Made by a program: the position numbers and the translations under genes. A model generated the notes under the pieces. The model was not told where the DNA came from. It searched no databases and saw nothing but the letters and a program-made list of their open reading frames with translations. A stretch of DNA of 64,000 nucleotides from Camelus dromedarius. Lineage: Eukaryota. How positions within the stretch are numbered: position 1 is the first letter of the stretch; each line of letters starts with the position of its first letter. Below, one piece after another: positions 12,560 to 25,811 of the stretch. The stretch is taken from NCBI RefSeq assembly GCF_036321535.1, contig NC_087436.1:60142001-60206000 (forward strand). Direction: 5' to 3'.

Positions 12560-15500
12560 CTTCCAGAATTGGGGCGTAAAGAGCTCCCTGGACCCTCTCC
12601 CCAGCGAAACAGCCATAACAGGTGAAAATCAAGTAAAGCAGCTACTTAAGATATCAGGAAAATGTCCTAAGGATATGCAACATGAGAAATATTTAAACAA
12701 AATCTAATAAATCTCAATAAAAACAGTGAGAGCCTGTGGCATTTGAGCCACAGTCCACCTCTACCCACACCTAGCTCAGCCTGATGGAGGGTCTATTACA
12801 GGTACTTGCAGTGAAAAACACAGGTCTCTCTCCCCCTACCAGATCCTGCTAGGTCTCTGGTGTCTCCTCAGGAGAAGCAGGTCACCAGCAATCCTCTATC
12901 CCAAACTCTATCCCAAACTCTATCCCAAGCACAAACAACCAAATGGTCTGGGCTCCCTTCACTCAGCCTCCACTCATAGGATTAAAGCCTACCCTAGGAG
13001 TGACTGAACGATGATACCTGGCCCTGACCACCCTTGTATAAGCAAGCTCCTCAGATGTAGATCTGAGATCAACACAAGAACAAGGGCTACTGTCCCCACC
13101 AAGTACCAAATTCATTAGAGCAAGGATGTCACTCCTAGCGAAGTGGGCCACTACTCCCTCCTCATTCTGGAGCACCTGGTCAGGGCTTCCTCCCAGAAGG
13201 AGGGGCAAGCCATAGAAACTGGATGTTCCAAGGTCTCCTTAAGGGGACTGCCTTTATTTGGAACAGAACATGGGAAGTGCTAGTGTAAGAACACTGTTGA
13301 CAAGAATGAGGATTTCATGGTGAGAAACAGGAGAATGGTAGCTCTCTGAGAGCAAGAAGGACAACAGTAGAAAAGCTAGAAGTTTTAACAGAGAAAACCA
13401 GGGGGAAATGCAGCTAAAGAGAGCACTACTAGGGTAGGAGTAAGTCTCAAAGTCTAGTCTCAAGGAACACCTCTGCAAAGGTGCCCAAATTTAACTGGAT
13501 TAGACGGTAGCACAGTCTATGTCCCCACGTGTTGTTGAAAACAATAGAGCAATCAGGTAGCATTAGTAGAGACTAACAGCTGGGGACGACATCAATAGAA
13601 ACAGACCAGCTAAAAATTTAACAGTGAAAACAAAGTAAGAGACAGCCAAAAGAGATTGACTAAAGCCACTACCATCTCTTGAGAGGAAACATGCCCAGGT
13701 GACTGTACACATGCCCAAGGCAGTACCTCTGACGAATGACATCAGAGACTACACACTGTGAGGGTAACGGACTTTATTAAAATAGTTAAACAAAATCACT
13801 AAACTAATAAACAAGCAAACAATAACAACGAGCACAAGAAAATCTTGAAAGTGACAAGAGGAAAATAATGTGTCCATACAAGGAAATCCAAATAAGAGCA
13901 ACAACTGGATTTTCATCAAAAACAATGGAGAACATAAAGCAGTAAGATGCTTCAGTCAAAGTGCTGAAAGGAAAAACAAACATTAGTTAAGAATCTCATA
14001 TTTAGCAAAATAATCTTTCAAAAATGAAAACAAAGACATTCTCAGGTCAACAAAAACTGAGAGAATTCACTGCTAGCACATCCACCTTTCAAGAAATACT
14101 AAAGGAAGTTTCAAAGGCTGAAAGCAAGTGATACCCAAAAGTAATCTGAACCCATACCAAAAACCAAAGTGTGTCAGTAAGGGTAGTTACTAGAAGATTA
14201 TAAAAGACTATATAATTGCATCTTCTTCTTTTTTCTCTTAACTGATTTCAAAGTAATTGTATAAGAGAATATGTATATAATTACACTGTTGGGCATATAA
14301 CTTGTAGAAAGGTAATATATTTATCACACAGCACAAGGCAAAAGAGTGAGACCAAAGCTGTGCTGGAGGAAGAAAATGATACCTGATGGCAGAGCAAGTT
14401 CATAGGAAGAAATGAAGAAAACCAGTAATGGTATATGAAAAGGTTAATGCAACAATGGCTACGAATATATACTTACTCTCCTTTATTCTCTCAGTTTCCT
14501 TAAAAGACATAAAATTATCTAAATAATTATAACAATGTATTGTCTGGTTTGTTACATAGACTCTAAGTGTCTGTCTCTGTTTTCTCTGTTTCTATATATA
14601 TGTATATTGATGTATATGTTTACATATATACGTATGTGTACAAACATACACACACAAAGTAATATCACAAAAGGGGAAGCTCTCATATAAAACTATATAA
14701 GAGTAACATTTCTGTAACTCACTGGAATTATATTAGCATAAATCCAAGGTAGATTCTAATAAATTATGATGTATACCGTAAGCTATAGAACAAGCACTAA
14801 GAAAATAACTAATATATATTAATGTGTGTATAAAATATAAAATTAAGTGGCAGATATAAATCTAATCATATCAACAGTAAGATTAGGTATTTAATGCATT
14901 AATTAAACAATCCAATCAAAAAGAGATTGGTTCTTACACTCGATACAAATAACAATAGCATCCAAAATATGCTATCTATGGGAGACATATTTTAGATTCA
15001 AAGATACAAACAAGATGAAAACATAAATATACCATACCAATAGCAATGCAGGAAAGCAAAAAGGTTACATTAATATCAGACAAAATACATTGTAAAACAA
15101 ACAAGACAATTACTAAAGATAAAGAGAGTCATTGAACAACTGAAATCATACAAAATAGGTTCCTCAACCACAAAGAAATGAAGTTAGAAATTAATAACAA
15201 AAGGTAATTTGGAAAGTTCACAAATGTGTAGAAACTAAATAATGCACTTCTTAATAACCAATGGATCAAAAAAATTTTTAATCAAAAGAGAAATTAAAAA
15301 CTGCTTTGAGATGAGTGAAGAGTAAACAACTTATAAAACATAGCATAAGCAGTGCATTGAGGGATATTTACAGCTATAAACACATTAAACTGGAAGAAAT
15401 ATTTCAAATCAATAGCATCACCTTTCACCTTGAGGACAGCTGCAAGAAAAGACAAAATCCAGCACACACAGGCTAAATGAAATAATAAAGATTAGTGTGC

Positions 15501-16520
15501 TAATTACTGAACTAAAAAGTAGAAAATACAGAAAATCCAACAAAATTGAAAAAATTGACAAAATTTCAGCAAGACCCCAAAAAAGAAGAACATTGAAATT
15601 ATTAAAGTAAAAAATCGAAGAGAGAATATCACTACCAACCCTACAGAATTACAAAGAATACTATGAACAACTGTATCCAAACAAATTAGAAAAGTTAGAG
15701 GAAACGGACAAATTCCTCAAAGACTCAAACTACCAATACTGACTCAAGAATAAACATAAAACCTGAACAGGCTTACAATAAATAAAGATAATTAATTAGT
15801 CATTTAAAAATCTTCCCAGAAATAAAACACCATGACAAGATGATTTCACTGGTGTATTTTACTAAACTTTTATAGAAGAATTAATACCAATTCTTTACAA
15901 ATTTCCAAAAAAAGGAAATGCTTCCCAATTTATTCTATGAGGCCAGTATCAACCAATACCAAAACCAGAAAATGGCATGGAAAAGAACACTAAAGACCAA
16001 TGTTTATTATGAATTTACATGCAAAATCCTCAACAAAATCCTAGCAAACAAAATAAAAGGGTCATACACCATGACAAAATGGATTTTCCAGAAATGCAAG
16101 GTTGATTTAACATCCAAAAATTAATCATCGATTAATTATTGTAAAACACCATAATCAACAAAATTAAGAAAAATAAACCACATGATATCTCACAGATGCA
16201 CCAAAAGCACTCAGTAAATTCCAACATACTTCCATGATAAAGACTCTCAACAAACTTAAGAGGGAAACCCTCCATCTGATAAAAGACAGGTATGAAAAAT
16301 TCACGGTTATCGTAATACTTAGTGGTGAAAACCTGAATCCTTTCTTTCTAAACTTGGAAACAAGCAGGGATGTTCACTCTTGTTATGCCTATTCAACATT
16401 ACACTAGAGGTTCTAGACAGGGCAAACAGGAGAAAAAAAGACATTCAGATTGGAAAGAAAGAAGCAAACCTATCTCTATGTGCAGATAGCATGATCTTGC
16501 AATTAGGAAATCCTAAGGAA
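12560..16520 (+). mobile_element. Ancient L1M element: 5'UTR, ORF1, inter-ORF and ORF2 remnants
   Basis: GC-richer 5' region, ORF1 remnant (about 13840-14130: gaaaatcttgaaag...tcaaagtgctgaaag...aaactgagagaattc), then ORF2 remnants (LPNLFYEASI, KILNKILAN). Heavily decayed. Confidence 0.85.
12894..12929 (+). repeat. 12-bp tandem repeat x3 (ctctatcccaaa)
   Basis: Read directly from the sequence. Confidence 0.9.
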
Positions 16521-18899
16521 CACAGAATACACAGACACACAGACACAGACACACATTAGTGGTGTGCTTTCCCTATTGAGCATGACTAGCAGGAAGATTC
16601 AATTGTTATAAAGATCAACTTTCCCACTAAGCTTTCCTCTATTTCCCTGATGGGTTACGTGACTCACATAGGCTGTGAAATAAGACTATCTTATTATGAG
16701 GAATAAGAAAGAAGTTCATTATGTCTTTTCCACAGAATGATGTTTTATTCTCCTAGAAGAGTAACTTAGATGTGTACCACAGTCTGGAGCTCAAGAAAAG
16801 TAACTAAAAATTTAAATGTTCTACAAATACGTCAGACAATAGTAAGCAAAGAGTTTATCTGTATCTACTACCAGCCAGATCCAGGTAGAATACAAGATCC
16901 AGCAGAGTGAGACCGGAGGGTCACGGGGTATTTAATGGCAACACATCCCCTGGAGTTAAGTAAGGACTGGAACAGAAGATTAGTGTTAAATGCCGGAGGT
17001 TTTTAAGTTCTCTGCTTACTGATCAGTAAATTACCAACTGTATAATGATTCTGAGGTAAAATCTGTAGTGCAGGACCAGCAAAGCAAAGCCCAGTTAAGA
17101 AGCAGGAATCAAATAGTCAAGTGACATGAAGAATCCATTTTTTGTGAAGTTACCATTAAGAATTGTTTGTTTATGCTCAGATTTTTCATCTTTGACCCCT
17201 GTAAAGTAATACATTCATTCATTCAATACATATTTATTAAGGATCTATTACGTGTCAGGCCCAGGAAAATAATGGTGTGCAAAAGACAATGTCCTTCTGC
17301 CAGTGTTATATGTAGCTTTCTAAAGTCCATTCACCAATTTACCATATTTTTCACTTTCAACACACACAGAAGAACTCTGAGCCCTATAAATCTAATCATC
17401 AATGACACAACTAAATATGTTTGCTGATTTATTCAAACTAAGTTATAACATAATATACAACCCCTGCCAGTTTTTCATTTTGCAGATGTAGTCAATCAAA
17501 GTAATTTTAAAAATTTTGTTTTCTCTGTTATTTTTTTCTTTTTTTTTACCTAAAAAGCTATGTTGGCAGTATTGGAAATTTTATAGTAAGTGATATACTT
17601 TAATACATGATGAGAAACTGCTTCATTTTAAAAATCAAATCAAATTTGCTTTCCTTTAAATCAAGCAAAACAAAAATAGGAACCAAATGGTTTCAAAATG
17701 AAAGGAGAAAAGAGATCCCATACATATATACAAATATTATAAATCCACTTCATATATATGAAAATGACTATATGTGAAAATAACTGTGTAACACTCTTAG
17801 TATCTTTAGTAACCCAGATATCTCTCTATAAATATGTCATGTATTTATTATATAGTCATAATTTTATGGTTTTTTAGTCTATATTTACATTTTGCTAAGA
17901 CAGTCACTTCCATTCTATCTTGGGATAAAAACAGATGTTTTCAAAATTTACCATAAATCTGGAGAAGTAGTAATACAAATTTGAAACTATCTATATTTTT
18001 AGTTATTTTTCAAGTTAGAATCTGATTTTTACAACAAAGAGTTAGTTTAATTCTATGCAAAATTATACTTAATATTTCTATGCAAAATTATAAAATAAAA
18101 TCTGATGTTGTGAAAAGTGTTGGTCACTTTAGTATGCAGAGCACTCTGTTTCTCATAGCAAGTTTTTTCTTCAATACCTTTTCCAAGTTAATTTTCTATC
18201 TATATTTTCCTGAGATTATGGTGAATTATTATTCAGATAGTAACCAGTATGTATCAACAGCTACAACTAGGTGCTTTAACCTTCTTCAACTCTGTACTAT
18301 TTCAAAATTATATAGCACTTTCTTGCCCATTGTTTTCAAAGGCACATACAAATTTTGATAACTCTGGTAACATATAGTTAAAACATTTATATGTAAATCC
18401 AAAACTGGCTCATAAAAGTGTTTTCCAAATCCAGTATATTCTTTCAGTTTCTAACCCTGATTAATGATGCATTGATACTTTTTTTTAATGCCCCCAATAC
18501 ACTATCTGTTCTACAAGAAAAAGTCAGAAGTTTTATTGAATCCTGACCCACGTTTTTGATGATCTGTGCATGTGTGTGTATACACATGAATGCTGACAAC
18601 AACTTGGACAGCTATATTCTTGGCAAAAAATAAGAGCAAGAGAGAACCATTTTGGCTATGAAAGTTCCACTTATCACCTCCACCATCTGTTTATCCCTCA
18701 GACTCTATTGTACCATACACACATGAATCTTATTTAAAATTTTTAAAAATTAAAAAAAAAAAAACCTTCGGTCTAGCCTAGGGCTCACTTAATTAATAGG
18801 ATGCAAAATGTGTAGGCAAATAGAGGTTAATTCTCACATTCAGATACCAACAAAAATACACACAAGTGATGAGGGTCAGGTAATAGCAAAGAGGCAACA

Positions 18900-20090
18900 A
18901 TACGGAGCTCACTAGTACCTTTCCACATCTTGCCAACCCACACAATTCATTTTGCCTCCACTTTGGATTATCCTGGACCTATTCTTTGCTTTATCTACAC
19001 CCTCCATTTTTACCTCATCTGTTCCCATAGTGATGACTTTCTAATCTATGTATTCATCCCAGATTGCCTCCTGTACTTCAGACTTATATGTACAATGGCC
19101 TATTTAATATCTCTGCAAGAATGTCTAGTAGGTACCAGGTTGAACTATATGAAATTACTATTCTTGATGGTCAGAAATTAAATATAAACAATTTCACATG
19201 GATCAAATTAATATTTAAATTTAACTCTAATAAGCCCGGAATTTCTCACTCTCTCCATCAAATCTGTTCCTCCTTCTCAATAAACTCCCCCCATCATCCA
19301 CAAACATACTAAAAACATTCAGTGGGGCTCTCCAGGATTCCTCTTTTTATTTACCACCCACATCCAACCCACTGCAGTCAAAGCCACATGGCTTTACCTC
19401 TAGTTTGGCAATAGCACACATCTCTCTGGGATCTCTACTTCCATTCTTGCCCCCACAATCATACTCCACAGACCTACAAGAGTTACCTTTGTGTCCATTT
19501 TCTGATTAAAACCATATAGTGGCTTCTACCTAAATTCTATACCCCTTATGAAATCTGACCTAGGCCTGACTTCTAACCTCATCACCCACTACTCTGCTAT
19601 TACTACCAGGGATATTTAGGTCCTTTGCCATGATTAACAACCCCTCCTCCACTCTTAGCTGTCATGTGACTGACCCTTTTTAGCCAATAAAACCTGTTTG
19701 TTTTTCGTTTTTTGTTTTTATTTGATTGTACCATCAGTTACAGTGTGTCAATTTCTAGTGTACAGCACAATGTCCCAGTTATGCATATAAATGACATATA
19801 CTCATAAAACCTATTTTAAATATCAGCTTCATAGGAGACCTTCCCTGACTATCCAATCCAAAGAGGCTGCTCAGTCACTCAGCCACATCACCTCATTTCA
19901 ATTTTCTGCCGTAGGACTTATCACTACCCGGTATTTCCCTTGCTTGTTTTCCCAACTGATTACTGGTGTCTTTCCCAACTAGAAAATAATCTTCCTGAAA
20001 GCAGGGATTGAGTCCATGTTGTTCACTGCTGAATCCTTAGTGACTAGAACACTAAGTACCAGTGGAGACTCAATATTACAGAAATGAATA
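18900..20090 (+). mobile_element. L2
   Basis: L2 3' motifs (gatgactttctaatctatg; tcctgaaagcagggattgagtccatgttgttcactgctgaatcc; gaaatgaata). Confidence 0.75.
19696..19803 (-). mobile_element. Very short young L1 3' end nested in L2
   Basis: Reverse complement of an L1 tail (cagttacagtgtgtcaatttctagtgtacagc), flanked by ataaaacct on both sides. Confidence 0.8.
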
Positions 20091-20179
20091 ACTTTTTATT
20101 GAGATCAAGACAAACATATTTATTTGTATTTTAGTCAGCAAGGCACTTACAATTATAATGAAGTTCAGGAACAAAGGCA

Positions 20180-20400
20180 CATGGCAGCAAAGATTAGGAT
20201 CTGACATCAGACTTAAGCTGGATTGAAATTTCATTTGTAAATTTTAAATTGTACGACCTTGAAAAAAGTTTGACTTGTCTGAGACTTTAACTTCCTCATG
20301 TTAAGATGAACACATAAACACATTATTTTTAAATACAAAAAGTGTTGAAAATCAAAACTCTCAAGTGTGAAATGCAACTACGAACATGCTGGTGCTTAAA
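20180..20400 (+). mobile_element. MIR (degenerate)
   Basis: tacgaccttgaaaaaag...tctgagactttaacttcctcatgttaagatg core. Confidence 0.5.
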
Positions 20401-21419
20401 AAAAGCTTTTTCCATTCCTTTATCAACCCACAGGATGTCAGATGATCAACTGGTTTGTAATCCCAGTAAATAATAATGCTCCCGCCTGTGAGAGGGGTAA
20501 CTATTTAAGGATGATTTAATATTTAGAGAACAATATTAATGACCTTCTCTATAATCTCTGTTTATATTTATTCTCAAAGAAGAAAAAAAGGAAAGCTACC
20601 TATTCTGTTCAATTTTCCTAGGTTACTAGAGTCTTTCCAGTTACAAATATTTTATAAGGTGTTCTGGGACATCTTAATTAGATAGATAAGCCTAGCATTT
20701 CAAAGCTGAACATAATCACTGCAATTGACCATTTTACAAACACCAGAAGGTGGAAGAGAGTGTGTGTGAAGTTGGCCTGAAGGAGTTCAGTAACAGGGTC
20801 AAAATCTGTACCACTAAACAACTATTTCAACTAAAAATTCTTCACATGTAGATCGATATACTCATGTGGAAATTAACACAAATGTTACCTTGAAGCATCA
20901 TGCTCATTTTTGCATAACTGGTCTGATTTTTACAATATGTAGGAACTAAAACGCTACAGCTAATTCTCAACTAACAATGGGCTGTTATAGGAGCAAGTAA
21001 TAAACGCAACCCACCAAAGAATGTCTTTTTCCTGTACTCTGTGACTTATGAGATGGAAACTAAAAGGAAGCCGATTAACGATCCTAACACACCTATTAGC
21101 TTAGAGAAAGGTCAGCTACCAGCAGCTTAACTCTTTCAGATGAAGAGACTGATTACCTCATGGAAGAGCCGAAAATAACATCAGGCTAAATTTTCTCAAG
21201 AACTGAAAGCCACCGCACAGGTTTATCTTAAAAACAGAATTTAAAATGTTTTTAAAATGCTATTCACAGTTTTAAATAGCCAAATTAGGGAACAAGCAGA
21301 CTTTTTGTGATATTCTGAATCCCCTTGATTTTCTCCTCCCAGTATTCAGAATATAAATAATCTCCAGTACATCAAATAATCTGCATCAAACAGACTTTGA
21401 TATTTAATATTGAAAGTAG

Positions 21420-21640
21420 CTAAACTAGGTTTCAGCACCTTCTTCATTCCAGATACTTTTCATTTATTATTCTAGTTAATCCTCACAAAAACCTTACATG
21501 AGAGGTGTGATTATTTGTATTTTGTAGGCAAAGAAACATGGTTTAGTGAGATTACTCAACTTGGCTAAATTCATAGGGCTAATGATAGAGCTGGAATTCA
21601 AACCCAAGTCATGTAACCCTAAAGTGCATTCTCTGTCCAC
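21420..21640 (-). mobile_element. MIR
   Basis: ttaatcctcacaaaaacc...attttgtaggcaaagaaacatgg...gagctggaattcaaacccaag. Confidence 0.7.
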
Positions 21641-22564
21641 TCAGTCATGATGCCTCTAAGTACATTTCTAAGCAATTTAAGAACTCAGACATGTTTCTGA
21701 ATCTTTCTGAAAGGCATTTAACCCCTTCCCGATTATACCACACCACCTCACTGTAAAAAAACATAATGAATATTTCTAATGCTGGACCATTAATCAGGGC
21801 TTTTACTAATGAAAATGCAACAATTCTTATTCTAAACTTGTAAAGTGTACATAATATCATGATGGACTAATCCTGCCAAGAAGTTCAGAAACTGTGAATC
21901 TATCAAACATCTTGCTACAATTAGCAAAACCCAATTTCATAATTCTCTACCCGTCAGAATAATCAACTGTTTAATCTACAATATTTATTATATAAATACC
22001 TGTGTACAGCCTCTTCCTCATTAAGAGAATATAGTGATACAACCTTTAAGTAGCTTGCTTTCTAATTGGTGAGGTAAGAAATAAACCTAGAAATATTCAA
22101 TATATTTATTGGTATAATGGTATGACAGAAAACAAAAAGGAACTTTAATAATTCACTATGGTGAAAATTATTATTTCCATTACTATAATATTTAAGAAAC
22201 AATGTTAGAGAAATAAGAATCTATAAAATAAGCCACAAAGATGAAATCAACACAGTTTTTGTTATGTGAGCCATAGGGGGAACACGAAAATACCAGTAAA
22301 AGCCTCAAAAGGAAAAAGAAGGTTCCCAGATGTAAGAAAGAAATGATTTTTTAAAATTATAATATATTCACCTTGCTCATTCATATCACATTTCAGTTTT
22401 CATCTATGTATGTATATTAGGGGAAATAGAAGTAAAAGCTGAGGGACTACAAATCTAATAGAAATTATCAGCTGAATTTGAAAATTATCAAGTTATTAAA
22501 ATTATCGAGTCCTTAACAGCCAAAGAGCCAAATACTTTAATTATTTTTATCTTTTAGAAGCCAA

Positions 22565-22800
22565 ACTGTGTAGTGGAATGGGCCTGCGCTTGGGGATGTG
22601 CCATCCAGAACTGTTATCTCTGTTCACCCTTTTAGCAATATGACCATGTGTGGTTCTCCTGTTGTGCCTGAACTTCCATTTAAAACTAAGAGGTCCTAAA
22701 TAACATGTATCTTAGAGGACTAGTATAGGATTGGTAAAGACAATCAATTCTGTACGTATCCATCTTGTACTAGAGTACACTCAATAAATGCTATCTATAA
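22565..22800 (+). mobile_element. MIR (degenerate)
   Basis: gtgtagtggaatgggcctg...tgtgcctgaacttccatttaaaac...cactcaataaatgcta. Confidence 0.5.
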
Positions 22801-24714
22801 TTACTTTCTACCCTTTATAACCAAAGGAAAAAATAAATTTATGGCTTTCAAGCTTAATGTTCACAGAGCCATGGAAATGATGCATTTTTGGAATATCTGT
22901 TAATTGATAACCTACTATATCATGTATTAGCCCCATCTTCTTATCCATCCTTTTATCTCTTTTTTTTTTTTTTTTACTGTTTTTTGTTCTAAATGAGTTA
23001 TCTATTTTTGAGCCAAATATTTTGCACAGTTCTTGGTACTGTGGCAGAAACAGACAAAATATCTACAATTGAAAAGCTAAAGATTTTAAGTTCATTAAAG
23101 TTGGGAGCAGTAACATTTTACTCCTACATCTGCTATAACGTAATATTTTGTTAATTTTCAGTAAATGGAGATGGGTTCATTCACAGACCTTATTATCATG
23201 CATTAAATTTAGGTTAAGTAGAATTTATCTTAATGTTAGAAGATTTTAGGAAATGGTTTTACATCAAAGCATATTTCTTCTCCTATAATCATTCCATTTA
23301 CTCACTTTATAGATGTGAATCATAATGGTTTTTATAGCATCACCTATTTTCCATACTACAAATAAACCATTTTTACTTAAGTGTTAGTTTCTCAATTCTC
23401 ATGTTCCTGCAACATTCCAGAAACTATAAGTGTAAGCAATTTATCTGTTGGATTTATTCATGTTGGAATTTTTAACATGTATAATAAAATAACCTCTTCT
23501 CCCTCATTCTTTCACCTAAAGGAGGTAGAAAAAGCACCCTGAGGAAAGATTAAAAATCCAAAGCAAACTGCCAAAACAATTATAGTATTTCCATCAAAGG
23601 CCTTTTGTCCTTTAACCCAAGAAAGAATAAATCATTTTATAACAAACTTGTTCTATGTCCTGGGTGCTAGAAAAAAAGTTTACTTGCCAGTGGTAATTCC
23701 TACATTAAAGCAAAAAATAGATATATTGTGAGTGAGTTAGCACATGCTGTTACTATGGTTCATAATAAACCAGTTTTATCCAAAAATTATTAATCAGCAT
23801 ATATCTTTTTAAACACCTTATTGACACTTGTACACCTATATACCTGTCTCTCACATATACATAGTAGTTGACAGCTCATTGTTACATGATTGCAACAGTA
23901 TATGAATATGAATGCAAATGATAGCACCTTTAGAACACCAGGAAGCAGTCACTAACACTAACTTTTTCTCACCTAAACAACAATAACGGTTGTATGAATA
24001 GCAGGGAAAAGAATGACTGCCTAGTAACAAATTGATCTATGCATTGCATGCTCCTCAGTTCCTCAAAATCAATATTGCTCTTTAGCTTTGCCAAATGAAC
24101 TGCGTGCTATTTCTAGCTCAGCCTTTAGGGGTAAATAGTTTCCTCACCAGCTTATAAAAGAGATCCAAATGGCTCAAATTAGAATAGAGTTTACTGAAAC
24201 TCTCTGAGTTCTTTCCACTGTGGTTGCTCAAACACTTCATCTAAAGAATTTGGGTAAACATACAGTGCCGTATATAGACAGGCTTCTATCTCACTGCAGA
24301 GACCTATGGGTGGTGTGTATACAAGATACAGTGAAATGGAAGCACAGTCCTAAGCTCTCAGCTATTGAAAACAAAGATAATATAACTCATCAGGATAGAC
24401 AAGTACAAGGGGCTAAAATTAGGGCACCTGTAAAGAACATGACATCCTTAAGGCAAAGGGAATTGCTGTTTTTGCTGTAACACTAACTACAAAGCATCAA
24501 AATGTGATACAACATATGCCAGTTATGAATTAATTGCCTTCCAGCTCTAATGCAATCTTCAATAAATGCAAGCTTTATGATCATAGGTGGAATTCATTTA
24601 AGCATTTCTTCTTTACAATGAGCATGATGTATGCTGGACAGACACTGCAGGAAGAAGGGGTCCTCCCAAGGTTTCTGCTACTGGATTTGGGGGTTTGGGG
24701 GGGATCACTGGTTT

Positions 24715-25331
24715 TGGTGTAGATGTTAAGACATTCAGTGGAGCTCTACCCCAGCTATGCATGGTGCCCAGAATGTATGATTCCTTGCCAATCTTGCAAT
24801 CTGTATCAGTGCCAGAATTGTCTATGCAGGCCTGGGTGATGCCTGTCTGAACCTCTCGTGGTCCCTCTGCAGGCCCCTCACTCTGCCCACGAAGCAGCCT
24901 GGAGAATGCCCACACCCTTTGATTGTCGCATGTTTGACTGCCAGTGCCCCTCCTGCTCTCTCTGCTGCCAGCTTGTGCAGCAACTGCAGACCACCTCTGG
25001 ATGCATGGCCAAATCCCTGAATTTCTCTGCTAACCAATGGGATGAATTATATCTTTTCTCCAAAGATCTGAACACCTCCTAAGTTTGTCCTCTCCTTGGT
25101 ATACTCCCTTGGCTCTAGAATATTACAGAAGTTTCCCTGTATTTCATAGTTACTCTGTCATCACAATTTTTTTTAGGTATTCATTTTTCTTTTTTCTTTT
25201 TTTTTACTTTTTTTATTGAAGTATAGTCAGTTTACAATGTTGTGTCAATTTCTTGTTGTCACAACTTAATAATTTTATATATTAAGCTTCCTTACCTTCT
25301 GTGGTTTCTATCTCCTAACTGGACTGATACA
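24715..25331. mobile_element. ERVL-class solo LTR (LTR40/LTR41-like)
   Basis: GC-richer block ending tgtggtttctatctcctaactggactgataca. The overlapping ORFs here are non-genic. Confidence 0.55.
25166..25253 (-). mobile_element. Minimal L1 tail insertion inside the LTR
   Basis: T-tract plus ttattgaagtatagtcagtttacaatgttgtgtcaatttct. TSD-like flanks tgtcatcacaa / tgttgtcacaa. Confidence 0.75.
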
Positions 25332-25668
25332 CAATTCTACCAAAACCTGGTATCAAATTAATCTGTGATTCATATTTTGAAATAATTATAAGCTACACAT
25401 AAGAAGTAAATAAAAATATGAAATTGATCAATTTATTCAAGAAATTAGAAATTAATTGACAATACATAACAATACCAAATAAATGAGTTATTCTGAATAT
25501 CAGCAAATAGTGTGGCTTAAGTTTCAAATATGCAGCAGCAATCGTTTTTTACATTAATGTGACCATCTTTCGATGTCAAAGATCAATGCATAAAGTGCAG
25601 CACATGTCTCAGTATCACTTAGGTCATCAAAATCCCTAGTTGTAGCCTTCAAAAAGATTGTTATTTAA

Positions 25669-25811
25669 GGGGGAGGGGATAGCTCAATGGTAGAGATGCT
25701 GTTTAGCATGCACGAGGTCCTGGGTTCAATACCCAGTACCTCCATTAATTAACTAATTAATTAATTAATTTTTTAAAAACCTAATTACCTCCCCCCGAAA
25801 AAAATTTTTTT
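25669..25811 (+). mobile_element. tRNA-Ala-derived SINE (camelid vic-1 type)
   Basis: Head gggatagctcaatggtagag...ttagcatgcacgaggtcctgggttcaatacccagtacctcca resembles tRNA-Ala(AGC) with A and B boxes. Followed by a (TTAA)n linker and cctaattacctcccccc tail. Perfect 16-bp TSD aaaagattgttattta at 25652-25667 and 25812-25827. Confidence 0.9.

Noticed and set aside
21139..21220. Exon-like signals on both strands (e.g. DEETDYLMEEPKITSG*)
   Set aside because: Short, stop-containing and with no phase or homology support.
24534..25082. Cluster of overlapping ORFs
   Set aside because: Mostly within a GC-richer LTR remnant.
25672..25745. tRNA-Ala gene
   Set aside because: It has mismatches in the D/anticodon arm, a SINE tail and a TSD, so it is a SINE head.
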